From Camelus dromedarius (lineage: Eukaryota): DNA of 64,000 nucleotides. The notes beneath the pieces are model-generated. The model was given only the letters and a program-made list of their open reading frames with translations. It searched no databases and was not told where the DNA came from. How positions within the stretch are numbered: position 1 is the first letter of the stretch; the number at the start of each line of letters is the position of its first letter. A program made the position numbers and the translations under genes. Positions 1-14,546 of the stretch are shown here, piece after piece. Where the stretch lies: contig NC_087437.1 of NCBI RefSeq assembly GCF_036321535.1, positions 83,330,001 to 83,394,000 on the forward strand, given 5' to 3'.

Positions 1-872
1 CTCTACAGAAAAGAGAGAGAGAGAGAGAGAAGAACTGAGGCCTCAGAGCAGCAGAACACAGATAAAATCAATCCCAGATATAGGAGGTTCCATCCTCAGT
101 GGAGAAAATATCGAGGACCAGCCTGAAACTTGGTAGGTAAGAGCAAAGGCTATGAAGTATTGAAAGGAAGACACCTGGAAGGATGCGGGAGTGAAATAAG
201 CAGTCTCAGTGAAAGCATCACCTCTGTGGAAGGAGGGACATGGAAGACAGACGAACCTCTAACTAGCTTGGTAGTAAAGAGAAAAAAGGAAATTAGAGTC
301 CTAAAGAAACAAAAGAGAATCACAAAATCAGGGGACACTTCAAACTCTCCTCCGTGGAAGGTTCTAGAAATCTGAAACTTTCATTTCACTATAGGCCAAC
401 AGAAGGACATGGTGAACTAAAAAAAAAAAAAAAAAAAAAAAAAAGCCTAGTAAACTATCTATACTGCTACCTGTTTATCTATAACTGAATTGACAGTCCT
501 AGAAGATTGGACATTTCAAATGACCAGAAAGCAATTGCAAATATCCTTAGTAAGCTATTATAAGAATAAAACAAAACTAAAACCAATGCATTTCTACTTT
601 TTTTCCCCTAAAAACATTCATAGAGCAGGACATAATTGTGACATAGTATCATAGGACATCAACTCAAATAAACATTCTTAAATAAGCACATATATATTTA
701 AAAAAATCAAAACTTCTAAAACTAAGAACAGATAAGGGCTAAAATTAAGGTGTGAGGTAACAGTTGACCAGACTCGGGAAAGAATCAAAGACAAAATATT
801 CTTAGAAATAGATTTAACTATAAGGTGTGAAAGAAAAATATACTTTATTGAAAATATATTGAAGGAAATTGA

Positions 873-1362
873 ATGAGATAGCCAGTTCCCAAAGACGGCC
901 CCTAATGAACCGCATCTCCTGGTATTCCTGCTCTTGTGTAGTCCCCACCTACACTGAATCTGGGCTGGCCCAAGGACTTTAAATAATAGACTGTGGCAAA
1001 ACTATTGCTGTACTAGGTCAGGCATAAGAAGTTACTTCCACTTTTGGACCCAGAGAGATCACACAGAGAGAGATAATACCTGAAATCACATAGGGAATAA
1101 GATAGGCCCAAAGACTCTAGCATCTCAGCTGAACCCAGTATTCCAGTCGTCTTCACTAATGGACTGGATTTGTAAATGAGTCATATTGGAGAATCCAGGC
1201 TAATCGTGTCTGCAGTTGCCTGCAGACCAGCTGACAGTACATGGAGCAAAATTATCGCCCATTTGAGCCTGGCCAAACCACTGAATTGTGAGAGATAGTA
1301 ATTAGACTATTGGCAGGTCGCTAAATTTTGTCACTTTTATGCATAAGTAAATAATAGAAACA
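873..1362. mobile_element. Old MaLR (MLT1-type) LTR remnant
   Basis: Starts TGAGATAGCCAGTTCCCAAAGACGGCCCCTAATGAACC..CTCCTGGTATTC, resembling MLT1 termini from memory; boundaries approximate. Confidence 0.5.
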
Positions 1363-1364
1363 TT

Positions 1365-1403
1365 AAGAAAAGTCATGAAAAAAAAAAAAAAAGAAAAGTC
1401 ATG
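1365..1403 (+). mobile_element. Solo poly(A) retroposed insertion with 13-bp TSD
   Basis: AAGAAAAGTCATG at 1365-1377 and 1391-1403 flanks a pure A run; the site reads TT|AAGA, like an L1 endonuclease site. Confidence 0.7.
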
Positions 1404-2949
1404 AAAACAACCAAGTGAGAAAAATGAAAGTTAAGAGGTAAAAATAGAGAAAAAAATTGATATAACTGATACGCAAATAAAATCCAACATATATATAATG
1501 AACTCCTGAAGAAGAAAAATCATTTAAATAGAATTATGAAAATAATAATCTGACAAAACTTTCCAAAAATAAAAATATATGAATCTATATATTAGGTCCA
1601 TTATAAACTTTTAAAAATTAAGGGAAATAATCAACTTGAGACATGTTACATTAAAACTATTAAATTTTAAATAAAGAAAATACCATGGGCTTCCACATGG
1701 TAGTAAAAAGAAAGGAAAGGAAAATAGGTTGGCATCGGATTTTTTCAGTGGTAACATATATCCAGCCATGTTCAGTGCAATAATGTTTCCAGAAATTCAG
1801 GGAAGGGAATTTTCAATTATTTGTTATTATAACCTTATTTTCTCTCTCCAGTCTTTCTTTGTTTTTAATCTATTTTTCATACTTTCACAAGAATTGAACC
1901 TTCAAAATCTATTTTTCAATCTTGCTCATTACCTTTCATTGGTACTCATTTATCTAATAAAGCCCGACTTACTAGCATGATGTAAGTGGTTTTCCATTGT
2001 CTAATCCCTGCCTACACCTCCAGTTTCAGCTGTGATACGCTTATCCCCAATCACCTAATAACTTAGAGCAGTATTTTTATGTGTTTTGCTCTCTCATTCT
2101 GGAATAGTGCCTTGTAACTCCTGTTAACACTGTTACGTTTCTAATCTGGCATCAGTGCCATCTTCTAGAAAGTTATCTTTGATTCTCCTCCGTTATTACT
2201 ATAAAATAGAATTGAGCAATATCCCATCCACCAGCTCCGTACCTTGTACTTACTTCTTTTATAACACTTTCATTCTCTGTTACAGTCAACATTTTTACCA
2301 ACCTATTTCCTTTGCTAAACTATGAATTCTTTGAAAAGAATAACCATCGAAGGAAATGGAATGTGATAGCCGGTTTCCAAATATGGCCCCTAAATTTATC
2401 TATTAGATGTTTAATAAGCTTTCTTTTAAAAAGAAGTGTGAATGATTGAATGAACTATTAAGTTGGCTTAAGTATCAAAAATTAAAGCTCAAAGAGACAA
2501 CTGATAACTTTTGGGATGATCCAACCTCTTAGAATTGTAATGGCAACAATTTAGAAATTAGTAAAGATGGAGAAGTTTTTCCACTTGAAGAAGGGAGCAA
2601 TAGGAACAAAATCATAGAAATAAGTAAGTTACCTATTTAATGCAAGAATACAGAATATTTGTTTGGTTATTTTATGGATCTTCACACTATGCGAAGTGAC
2701 ATAGACTCTACTGTGTAGCCAGAAAAGAAGTACTAGGAGATTTTAGTTAGAGATATGAAATGACAAAGAGGAGTATTTTATATTTCCATTTCCCTCAATA
2801 AAAAAGTAATTGCTGTGGGGCTTGCACTTCCACTGTATACAGCTGGAAAACTGGAGAAAATATATGAAATAAATGAAACAACTGTTTTTTCCAACAGCAG
2901 ACATTAGGCAGCACAGGACTGCTGAGACCCCAGAGAACATGTGAGGTGA

Positions 2950-3300
2950 GCCCAGAAATGTCTGATTAACCACTAGCCTAGGCGTTGCCGTGAAAGTATT
3001 TTATACACATAATCAACATTTACAATTAGTTGACTTTACAAAAAGGAGATTACTCTCAACAACATGTGCGAGCCTCAGCCAATCAGTTGAAGGCCTTAAT
3101 AGCAAAAACTGAGATTTCCGTGAGAAGAAATTTTGCCTTAAGATTGTAATATAGAAACACTGCCTTAGTTTCCAGCCTGCCAGCCTTCCTGCCTGGATTC
3201 CGGACTTATCAGTTCCCACAATCACACATGCCAATTCCTTAAAATAAATATATTGATTTTGTTTCTCTGGAGAACTCTTCTCTGGTATATATGGTCTGCT
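2950..3300. mobile_element. MLT2-type (ERVL) LTR remnant
   Basis: CCTCAGCCAATCAGTTGAAGGCCTTAATAGCAAAAACTGAGATTTCC..GAAATTTTGCCT resembles MLT2 consensus; boundaries approximate. Confidence 0.55.
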
Positions 3301-6144
3301 GATTTTTTCAGAGAGTTTCAGCATAATTCAGTGGGGGAAGAGATAGTCTTTTCAAAAAAATATGACTGGAAAAACTGGATATCTATGTGAAATAAAATGA
3401 GCAACTCTTAACTCATCCCATACATAACCTTGATCTGCAAGGTAAATGGCTACAGATTTCCAAAATGCATCTTATCTCAGTTCTGCATCTTCTGTTAATG
3501 AACCAGGTAGCTTGCTTTATCAGGGGAAGAATCATAAGGTTCAGACCATTTGGCACTAGGAGCTAGGAGCTGTATCTCCTTTGGGTGTCCTAAATTCAGT
3601 CTCACTGGCAGAGCTATAACTTAGTCAAGAATACAAAAATAAGAGATACTTACCCCAGTGTCACCACTAGTGGCTATTCCTCTTTTCATTTAGCCCATGA
3701 GCTATGTGGTATTCTCTCTTTTAGGGGACTATTTCGGTGGCATTGGTCATACACAATAGTTATCTCAAGTTTTTAAATTATCTGCTATATTTCCCTGGAA
3801 TAAACTGTTTCCACCAGAGCCTAATAACAGACCTGAATTTAGCTTTCCAAAGGGTTCTTCCATGCTGTACACCAAGTAATTTACAAGTCTAAAATCCCAA
3901 ATGGTTACCATTGTGTGGTTGTGTTAATGTTTGCCAGAGACTCCAATCCCTGCAACAGCATAGTAGACACATTTGAAATCATTTGTGATTTAGGACGATA
4001 CAGTTCCAAAGAGACTGCTTGAGTACAGCTTATAAGTCTCTAAAAACTTTTTCTCAACTCCATTAAAGTTCAGATTTCTTTTGAGTAACTCAATGAAGGG
4101 CTTAATAAAATGTTCAAATGTAGTAAATATACTCTCCAACATGCATATAGCCCTCTTCTAATCCTAGAGAGTCTGAAAAGATGGTAATTTATTCCATACT
4201 ATTTGTAGAATGTCTTTTGTGGTCTCAGTTCAAATTATTCCCCTATATTTTATGTATCAGGCAAGACCCTATATTTTAGCTGAATAGATTGGCCATTTTG
4301 GATTAATCATGTATGTCACCACAGTTCTTAATTCCTAGGTGTCTTCCTCCTCTGAAAGATAAATTATCATAGTATATTCAACATAATAAACCAGTGCCCT
4401 CTTTATAGGGATCAAATCTGTATCTTTTCTAACCAAAGTGGGTGGTTACACAAGAGTGATTAACTATTCAAACATGTATTGGAATCTTTGCCAAATGAAA
4501 GAAAGTTGTTCAACTTTCTTCTGAAATTAGAATAAAAACATAAATCATTAGCCAAATCTATAGTAGTGTACCAGCCACCTTTAGCTCACTATACTTCTTA
4601 AATTGTTTTCACCATACTGAGCACAGAGGAGGCTGTCAGTAGAACTATTTTCTTTGGTCCTCAGTGGTCATGTTTAATATCCATGAACTAAATTTTTTTT
4701 CTTAGAGACCAGACAGAACTTTTATACAATTTGTCAATTTGGGTAAACATCACCTGTTGCTACCATCTCTCAAATTAAGGAGGAAATTTAATGTTGTCCT
4801 CTAAGGATTTAGTATTTCTTAATATTCACTCCAGAGAAGAGTTTGCACAATTCTAATGCTTCTCACTTGTATATCAAAGTAGAAACGAGTGGAGGCCAAC
4901 TTGACTAATACCTGATAGATAATAGCAAGCCATGGCAAAGCCCTCCATTCTCACAACATATCAAATCTAATAAAACACCCAGATAGAAGTAGGTGACATT
5001 TCGACAGGCTTTTCTTACTTTACATATTCCAAATTGTAATTTAATGTAACTTTTGTACCTACTTATATAGCATCACATTATCTTCAGAGTTTTGTTATTG
5101 GTCCTCTAATGTTGTCCTCTTTGTCTTTAGCTCATGTCACCATGTATTATGTTTCTGTTTTTGATAATCCCAGAAAACTCTCTTTACCACCCTAATAAAG
5201 CCATTTAATTTATACCAGTCATACATCTTTAGATTTCCCTGCTAAAACTTTGCAGGTAGATCTCAACCCTCTTATTCTTTTGCTATAATAAATGGAGTAT
5301 CCCTGCACCTTGCTCACACACTTTATTTTCCCAATACCTTTTGGCAGATCCCAAATAGGAGTAATTAGAACGAATTTGTTGAGGTCTTTTTAGCAAGGCA
5401 AGTGCCGTTGCCCAAACTACCAGGGGTTTTCCACCTCCTAGCCAGTAATAATTCACCACCAACTTTTATGTAGCACCGTCATCAGTTTATTTCTCTTGCT
5501 GATATCACCATCTTCTATTTTACATATTTGTCTCAGCTATCCTAAGTCAGTCAATCTCTTTCTATTCTCCTGATAGAATTCCCATTTTGTCAATGTTATT
5601 AATAGCAAACAAGCAATGTTTCTAGCTATTTTCCCTACTTGCCTTTGTTTTCTAACCCATTTTGCAAACTGACCTAAGTACCTCACTCAGTACAGGGAAG
5701 GTACAGAGAGGGTCTGGGGTCTCTCAGCTTAAGTAACTTGCTTGTCACCACCACCTAGAAGCATGTTTGTCTCACATCCACCTTTTAGTGCAGCTGCATT
5801 CCATAAAATACAGGCTGTACAGTAAACAGTCTTGAGATACTTGACATACAACATACTTAGGAACATTTCAGATCAGCAATCAGTTCCTACCAATCCCAGC
5901 TAGGATCTAATTTATCCTAAATTGATGCATCTCTTGAGTTGACATGGCAAGGTTGTGTAAATGTCAATTTCTCATGGGGCCATTGAACTGGAAGACAATA
6001 CTAAATAAAATTCAATTTAACCCTTTATTTCCAAGGTAATGTGTATAATTAAGCTGGAATTTTATTGAAAATAATCCTGATAAACTCCTGTATTACTTGT
6101 GCAATTATAAAGATATTAAAAGAGTGTAAATATTATAACACATA

Positions 6145-6848
6145 CAGTAGTTCCCCTTTATCCGTGGTTTTGTTTTCCACAGTTTCCATTACCCAAAGTC
6201 AACCATGGTCTGAAAATATTAAATAGAAAATTCCAGAAATAAACAATTCATAAGTTTTAAATTGTACACCATTCTGAGTAGTGTGATGAAATTTCACACC
6301 ACCCCACCTCACCCTGCCTGTGATGTGAACCATCCCTTTGACTAGTGTACATGCTATGTATGCTACCTGCCCTTAGTGACTTGGTAGCTGTCTGTTATCA
6401 GATGGACTACTGCAGTGTCACAGTGCTGGTGTTCAAGGAATCCTCACTTTACTTAATAATGGCTTCAAAGCACAAGGTACTGTTGTTGGCAATTTGGATA
6501 TGCCAAAGAAAAGTTACAAAGTTCTTCCTTTAAGTGAAAAGATGAAAGTTCTCAACTTAGTAGGGAAGAAAAAAATTGTATGCTGTAGTTGCTAAGATCT
6601 ATTGTGGGAACGAATTTTCTATCCATGAAATAGCGAAGAAGGAAAAAGAAATCCATGCTAGTTTGCTGTTACATCTCAAATTGCAGAAGTCATAGCCACA
6701 GTGTGTGATAAGTACTTTGTTAAGATGGAAAAGGCATTAAAGCTGTAGGTGGAAGATATGAACAGAACAGGTTTCGGTACAATCAGTGGTTTCAGGCATC
6801 CAGTGGGGGTCTTGGAATGTATCCCCCACAGATAATAGGAGACTCCTA
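6145..6848. mobile_element. MER44/Tigger7-like DNA transposon relic
   Basis: TA-flanked; starts CAGTAGTTCCCCTTTATCC and ends GATAATAGGAGACTCCTA (degenerate TIR); interior resembles MER44. Confidence 0.7.
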
Positions 6849-8372
6849 TAGTTATTGTTGCAAATTCTCCAAATAAATACGTTATACCATGTACATAGGG
6901 TTTATTTTTAAAAGACCAATGGTAAATTATAGAAAAAAGATTTTACTCAAAAAGAAAATTAAAAATGTTAAGAAAATATATTTAGTTTACAGCGTTTGCA
7001 AAATGAGTTGCAAAGACTGAAATTGCTGAAAATCACCGACAAGTACAAATAGTTTTTAAAGAGAATAAATTTAATCATGTGGGGTATTTTTAAAATAAAT
7101 TTTGTTATTGGGGATCAATATGAATTAATGTTAAGACCGTACAAACAAGGTGACTTTTTCCAATAATATTTATATGGCAAATAAATTTAAGTGATAAAAG
7201 ATATTTATCATATACCTACATTTTTAGGTAATACTTTTTAGTATATTTTTGGAACTACTGAGATCTAAAATGTGTTAAAAATACTAGAACAACAGTCATA
7301 TTTTTATTCTTCAGCTTAAACTTCATTCTCATTTTGTATAATTATTTTTCCTAAGTGAATGTGCTAAAAACACACACACACACACATACAGATTGTCCAA
7401 GGAGCATAATTGTTTTGCTAAAAGAATCATCTATGTCTATATAATACTTCTAAAATAAATTAGAATGTATATGTTTTTAGTGACTGTGTCCCAAATTGAA
7501 GTACATTAGTGGCAGAGAATTCACTGACTCGAGTTTTCACCCATATCTTTATATACAAAACCAGGTTCTTATCTCTGATTTAGGCTCTTTGCCTTCTTCC
7601 CAGTCAGCTCCTGCTACAACTGTTAGGAATAGCAGTGCAGTCAAGGCTGATCTCTGAAATTGCTTTTTATTAAACTCAAATATTCCTAAATTTATAAGTT
7701 ATTAAATATCATGACTACATGCAACATCCCTGATAAAAATAGCTTATGGAATTATAAATAGGAACTGAATTAATTTTGAGGCTCCTTTCCTAAATTCATG
7801 CCAGCTTCCATTTTTCTTCCTTAAGTCCACCAATTTCTTTAGAACTTTTTACTTTTTCCTAACTTTTATGACTAAACAGTACATTCCTTCCCAGGAATAT
7901 ATTCTACCAAGAAGCAGAATTTTATTTTTGTGCATCTAGTGGAGCTAATGTGTATGGTGGAAGACAATGAAACCTTATTACCTTGCCAGTCCAGAGCAGT
8001 GAGCTGGGCTCATTCAGGAACTAACCCTATATGCCAGCATTACTTACAGCTGTTTCTCAGTAAAACTGTCAATTATATCTGAAATTTTTAAAGTCCCAGA
8101 AAAATAGCTAATTTGCAAAAGCTAAATGCTAAAAGCTAAAAATGGAGCACAATGTTTCTAAATGAGCTAGTAATAGGTAAGGTTACCAAACTTTCACTGG
8201 TACCATATCCAAGTAAACATAATAGGAAGCTGGGTTCCTTCACACAGAGCCCATAGACCACCCTAACCACTAGTCACGATGAATTGGCAGAGTCATGGCT
8301 AATCTTGAGGACTGGGGGGTTTTTTCAATAGACAGTAAAGAAGAAACAATTTGAAAATTATCTAGCAAATAT

Positions 8373-9296
8373 TTATTTCTTCATTATTCTTCTCAAGGCA
8401 CCTATAACCTCTTTGTTCCTCAGGCTATAAATAAAAGGATTTAGTAGAGGAATTATTATTGTATAAAATAAAGAATACATTTTGTCATGATCTTCAGAGG
8501 GAGCAGACCCAGGACGCACATACATGAAGAAGAGAGTGCCATAGAACAAGGAAACAGAGAGCAGGTGGGCACTGCACGTGGAGAAGGCTTTGCTCATACC
8601 ATTTTCAGACTTCTTTTTCAGGATGGCAAAGAGGACATGGGTGTAAGAGACCATGATGGTCATAAAAGTGAAGACTTGTATAAAGGCTGAAAAGATGAAA
8701 ACCAGAAGTATATTAACTGTAGGATCAGTGCAAGAAATTTTGAACAGTTGTAAAATTTCACAGTAAAAATAATGTATTATGTTAGACCTGCAGAAAGTTA
8801 ATCTAAATAACAAACCCACATGAATTGCTGAATGTAGAAAACAAATGAAATATGAGACACCTATAAACTGAATGCAGAGTCTGGTGGACATCACCACTGG
8901 ATAAAGCAAGGGGTTCCATATGGCCACATAGCGGTCATAGGCCATCACTACCAGGAGGAAACATTCTGTAGTTGCACTGGAAGCAAAAAAATAAAATTGA
9001 GCGATGCATTCAACCATGGATATTGTGTGATCCTTAGATAAAAAATTCATCAGCATCTTGGGGGTCACGGAGGATGAAGAACAGGCATCTGCAAAGGCTA
9101 AACTGCCCAGGAAGAAGTACATGGGGGTGTGAAGGTGGGGGTCCTTCCAGATGAGAAAAATCAGTCCAAGGTTGCCCATCATAGTGGTGAGGTAGATGCC
9201 CAAGAACACCAGAAACAGTGGGACCTGCAGCCCTGGAAGATCTGAAAGTCGTGTGAGAACAAACTCAGTCATCAGCGTCTTGTTTTCTTCTGCCAT
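8373..9296 (-). CDS. Olfactory receptor, OR5AC-like (OR1), intact 307 aa
   Basis: Single-exon ORF with N-glycosylation site [31 protein letters not shown] and [12 protein letters not shown]; splice acceptor TTCTTTCATTTTAG ending at 9315 just upstream of the ATG. Confidence 0.95.
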   Translation of the reverse strand: MAEENKTLMTEFVLTRLSDLPGLQVPLFLVFLGIYLTTMMGNLGLIFLIWKDPHLHTPMYFFLGSLAFADACSSSSVTPKMLMNFLSKDHTISMVECIAQFYFFASSATTECFLLVVMAYDRYVAIWNPLLYPVVMSTRLCIQFIGVSYFICFLHSAIHVGLLFRLTFCRSNIIHYFYCEILQLFKISCTDPTVNILLVFIFSAFIQVFTFMTIMVSYTHVLFAILKKKSENGMSKAFSTCSAHLLSVSLFYGTLFFMYVRPGSAPSEDHDKMYSLFYTIIIPLLNPFIYSLRNKEVIGALRRIMKK

Positions 9297-12200
9297 ATCT
9301 GACCTGGCTGATCACTAAAATGAAAGAATAAGTGAGGAAACAGTCACAAAAGAATCATTAAAACAGTGAAATTATATGAGATTAACAAATTCATAAGAGA
9401 TGCTTCTCATTTAATTGGTAGTTACTAATTTTTACCTCCATTCATCTACTTTTATATACATTCAAAATTATTCATAATAAAAAGTTTTTAAATTATATTC
9501 ACCTAAGTTGACAAGTAAATATAATGCAAATTCCTTTCAATCTAACATGGGTTAGATACAGGTTTTAGAACTGTATATACTCATCTTAAAACTCATATGG
9601 AAGAAAAGAATTTCCCATTTTTCCCAAGAAAAATATAGATATTAAGAGTAGTCAAGAATACCAGAATTGATGTTGAACTATAATATAGAGATACATTAAG
9701 AACAAATATAATGTTTTGTGTCATCAAAACATTAAGATAGTGCATAAGAAAAGCAAGAGAATCAGCACAATGGAATAGAGAGCTCAGAAATAGAAAGGAA
9801 TGTGGCAGAAGACAAGTTCATTAGGAAACAGGTGATTGATTTAATGGACTCTGCAGACTGTTGTCTGGAAGTAAGACTAGGCTCCTACCTAACACCATGA
9901 ATATTTTCTAAGAAATTTAGGAGACAATAATGTAACATGGAGAATAGAGAAATCCTTATCCAAGAGAAGAAATTCAGTATAAAAATATAAGTATATATAG
10001 TTTGAATGAATATCAAAATAATACCTAACAGAGTCAAAGGGCATATAATAGACTGGGAAATATATTTTGCCATGTATATGGAAGACATAGATTTATGTCT
10101 ATAATATAAAAATAACTATTAGGTTTAGATAAGAAAAGGCAAATAATATAAAAGAAGAATGAGTAAAGCATGTGAATAAGCAAGTTTACAGACAAACAAA
10201 TCAAAATAATCAATAAATAAAATGAAAAGATGCCCAAATTTCTGTCATAGATAGATACATGTGTGTATGCACAGACACACACACATAGATACATCCTTTC
10301 TCATGAATCAGAATAGGAGAAATAAAAATGAATAAAAATACTCACTGCTGACTGAGGTGAGAAAAGTGGTACTCTCATATTTTACTTGTAGAAATATAAA
10401 TTGCAACAGCCTTTTTAAACAGCAATTTTATATGATCCTATTTAATTTTTTAATATATATACCCTTTCACTACCATTCTCTTTTAGATATGTCCTAGAAA
10501 TAAAAACACCACTACACAAAGATAAACATACAAAGAATAATCAGTGCATTATTGTTTAAGGTAGCAAAGACCAGATGTTTTGGTCTTTTGGTCTTCACCA
10601 ACAGTGAAATGGTTAAATAAATCACACTACATTCATATTATGGAATATAATTCAGCCATGAAAAAAGAGCTATTCTACCTGATTTTGATTTTGAAATTCC
10701 ACAATGTATAGTTATCTGAGAAAAGTAAGATACAAAGAAGTGTAAAAATTATGATCTCATCATTGTAAAAAAGAAATGTACTTTTAAATCTTTTATATGG
10801 AGAAATACATGAGTAATAGACACTAAGTTTATAGCAATGGTTTTTCCAGAGTGAGAGTAGAGACAGGAATGAGGGAAGTGAAGGAGAGTAGAAGTCTAAG
10901 TAACAGTTCCATGAGAAAGGCAGCATATATATTATGATTCCCTACCACATAAACTATGCAACTGATTTACATGTGTGTATATATATCTGTATGTGTGAAA
11001 GAATGGCCTCCATCATGTTAATAGTAGAGAAAATAAACAAGAACACTGAAATCCTATTGCCACCTTTCTAAGGAGGTGCTTTGCAACTGAAAATTCAAAC
11101 ATAAAATTAGGATGTAAATATGTCTAAATTTGTGTACATAAACATCAGTTAAATGCAGAAATGGCCTTCAGGGAAATTAGCATTTTCTTTTGGATATTAT
11201 CAATGGGAGCCAATTTTTGACCATTGAAAATAGATACAATTTTTTAATATTCCAAACTTACTTATAATGACATAAGGTAGATTCAAGTAGACTAATGGAG
11301 GGTTTTTTAAGAGTTATTTTTTGTAATTTCAGTAATTTTGTTATTCAGCTAATTCCTGCATACTTATTGTTTTGTCACTGTTGTGAACACAACATTTGGT
11401 GTTTGCATGAAAGAACTCCAAAAAGGAGTTTTCTGGTGAATATAGATACTTTTAGATTACCTTTAAAAGAAAAATAAATACATTTAGGTATACAGATTGT
11501 TATGATAGTTCCATGTATGAAGAAAAAAAATTTTCATAAATTACAGTCATACCTCTCAATACTTATGGAATACAAAAAATTTTTACTATGAGAATATATT
11601 AGAAAAACTGAGTTTGTCTAATTTTAAAATATGAATAAAGGCTCTTTCCCTAAGAATCAATGATCAGCAGAAGAGATCATGAAATATTTTCCTATCTATA
11701 CTAAAAATAAGTGAAGAATTAGAGTTTCAGAATCTTTACTTTTAAATATATGCCCACAGAGAGCCCTAATATGTACAAAACAGGCAAAAATGTTAATTGG
11801 AAATTAAGAACCATAGGAAATATTTACCCTGCATAAACTGGCCCAACTTTCTTATCTCAGATAACCAAATTATTGCTATTCCTACTTTTATTTCCTGTAA
11901 TGTATAATTTAGACAAGAATTAGTAACCCTTGTGATTTTTTTCTCAACAGTTGTGTGATAGATAACACAGAGTCTTTTGAAGTTACTTTCAGCGACTTTA
12001 GCTCATATTCTCATAATTCCATGAAATTAAAGAATTTTTATTGTACAGCAATAAACCTGAGGTCAAAATTTCTCATTCAGAAAATTTACAAGCAAGTTAA
12101 ATTTGAGCTGCATAGCTTGTCTCAATTAAGAAAACATCCCATTATAAAATAAATTTGGATTTTTTTATCATTGCTATTTAATTTTTCTTTCATTCTTCTA

Positions 12201-13221
12201 TTAATCAAAGTTTATTATTTAAAAACTCTCAATAAATGCGTTATCTACACAGTAATAGTTCTAACTGAAATATGCATGTTCAGACAAACATTTACTTCTG
12301 TCCAGCCAGATTTTGTTTGCTGTTTTAAAAAGGGAAAATGGCTGTCTAGGATTTTAATTTCTTATTTAGATGTTTTGTTACCATACAGACAAATTACAAA
12401 GCTATATTAATGAAAATTATGAAAATATCTGCACTCTTACCCAGTTCCTGTAAAACATGGGAAACTGAAAATGTGCTGGTTTTCTCAAAGTAATATAGAA
12501 GGCATAGAAATGGAGAAGAATTATTTATGCATTGATTTTCCTTAGCAACTCCAAACTGGAAGGAAATAGCATTTATTTCTCATATTTGCAAACCCATTCT
12601 TTAAAAAGTTTTGAAATTCCCTTAGTGCTTCTAAAGTATTTCCAGTGGGATTAAGTCCAAGTTGTTCTACTGGGCATTGTAAGCTAATCATCAAATCATC
12701 CATACACAGCTAGTTTTAGCAATTAAAACTACATGGTGTGTCCTCAAGGGTCACTAAATGGGCATGTTTATAAAATATCACTCAGTGGAGTTTAGAATAA
12801 GCTTGTTTTCCTTCCTCTTATTTATTTTAATGCTGCCATTACCCAACTACCTACCTGACTTGCCCACTTGGAAATCCCAAAATTACCTTATAATTAACAT
12901 GTCCAAATCTGAAATTATGATCTTCCTCTATTCTACCCCCAAACCTGGTTTTCTTTCAGTGTTCCTGTCTCAGGGAATTGGGTCACAAAGCAAATGTTTA
13001 TCTACTAAAGATGTCTAAAATCCAACTGTTTCTTTTTATCTGTACAGTCAGTACTAAAGTCCAAGATACAGTCATCTCTTGCCTGGCTTATTAAGAAACC
13101 TTGTAACTGCACTATCTGCATCTCCTAACACAGTCATCTAATCTATTCTCAATACTGATGCCAGACTAATTTTTATAAGACATACCCCATTTCACTAACA
13201 CCCCACAACACACTTTCCCCA

Positions 13222-13261
13222 TTTAATTAATAATTAATTAATTAATTAATTAATTAATAAT
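13222..13261. repeat. (TTAA)n microsatellite
   Basis: Visible TAAT/TTAA tandem run. Confidence 0.85.
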
Positions 13262-14546
13262 TTCTCATTGCATATAGAGTAACAACTAAAATTCTTAAGC
13301 CTAATATCCATGTCCATATAGATAGACCCAATAATTAACTGTATGCAGTTGAGAATTTTTCTTGCATTATATGTGTATATTGTTCTAGCACTAACTGAAC
13401 TGACATAATTCTCAGTATCTTAGGTAGACTGATAAAATAGAAGTTAACTTCTTCATAAGTATAAAGCACATGTTCCTAACTGATAGCCTGTTTTACTCCA
13501 ACTGGTGATTCAGAGTCCTAGACTCTTTCCAGCTCATCTTTCAAGCATTTTCCACACACATAACTTTCTTCAACGCTTGTGTTCTCTTTTGGATCAAGCT
13601 GGAAGGGGAAAGTTCACAGGGGATTCCCAATATGAAGTTTTTATGAGCTAGAAGTGGAAGTGATATGTATCACTGCAGTCAACTGAAAACAGAGGCTGTG
13701 TATCTAGGAAGAGAAGAGAAGGATGTGGTGATCAGCTAACAGATTCTTCTACGGTACTTCTGATTGTCATTTACCTGTTTTACCCTCCTTCCCACATAGA
13801 GAACACTCTCAGCCTCTCTCCTGGGGATTCAAACCCCACTCCCATCTAGTACCTATCTCAACAAAAAACAGGATTTTGAGGTGATACTCTGTTCTCTCCA
13901 CCAATTCCAGCTATGGCTGTTCTTTGTGTAGGTACCAAGAGTTGTTTTGAATATATTGTTTTGCCACATGTTATAATTAGACCCTCCTGATATGCAATTT
14001 TTTGTAGGATTTTTCTATCCTATGGAGCAGGTGAACTTTACAAAGGTATCCAGAGTACGTATCAGGTCCAATTAACATATCATCATCAATATAATGAACC
14101 AACCTACTCTTCTACAAAATGTCTAGAAAATAATGTTTTCTTTAAATACAGAGCAGAAGAGTCAGCATAGCCCTGGGGCAAGACCATTAAGGTATATTGT
14201 TACCCATCCCAGATGAATGTAAAATGCTTCTAATCCTCATGCATGACTGGTATTGAAAGAATACATTTTCCACACATCAGCAGCCACATATCTCATACCA
14301 GATACTGTATTGAAGGGTCCTAATAAGAGCAGCGTATCTGCAAAACAACAGTGGGCACAACATGGCTAAGTTTGTGGTTTCTGCCACTACCAGCCATGAC
14401 CTATATAGATTTTGCAGAGACTAGGATGGTAAAATAAATAAGGATATAATGTGGACCACCACCTCTGCAGCCTTTTTCAGTTTCTAAGAATGGCTCCATT
14501 TGCACCAAAAATGAATGATATGCCTAAATAAAATAGAGATATATTT

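Noticed and set aside
3420..6000. Possible ancient ERV internal remnant
   Set aside because: Too degraded to support with a recognisable motif by eye
8487..8690. Recurrent plus-strand ORFs with [19 protein letters not shown] (also 17210, 36469)
   Set aside because: Antisense frames of the paralogous OR genes
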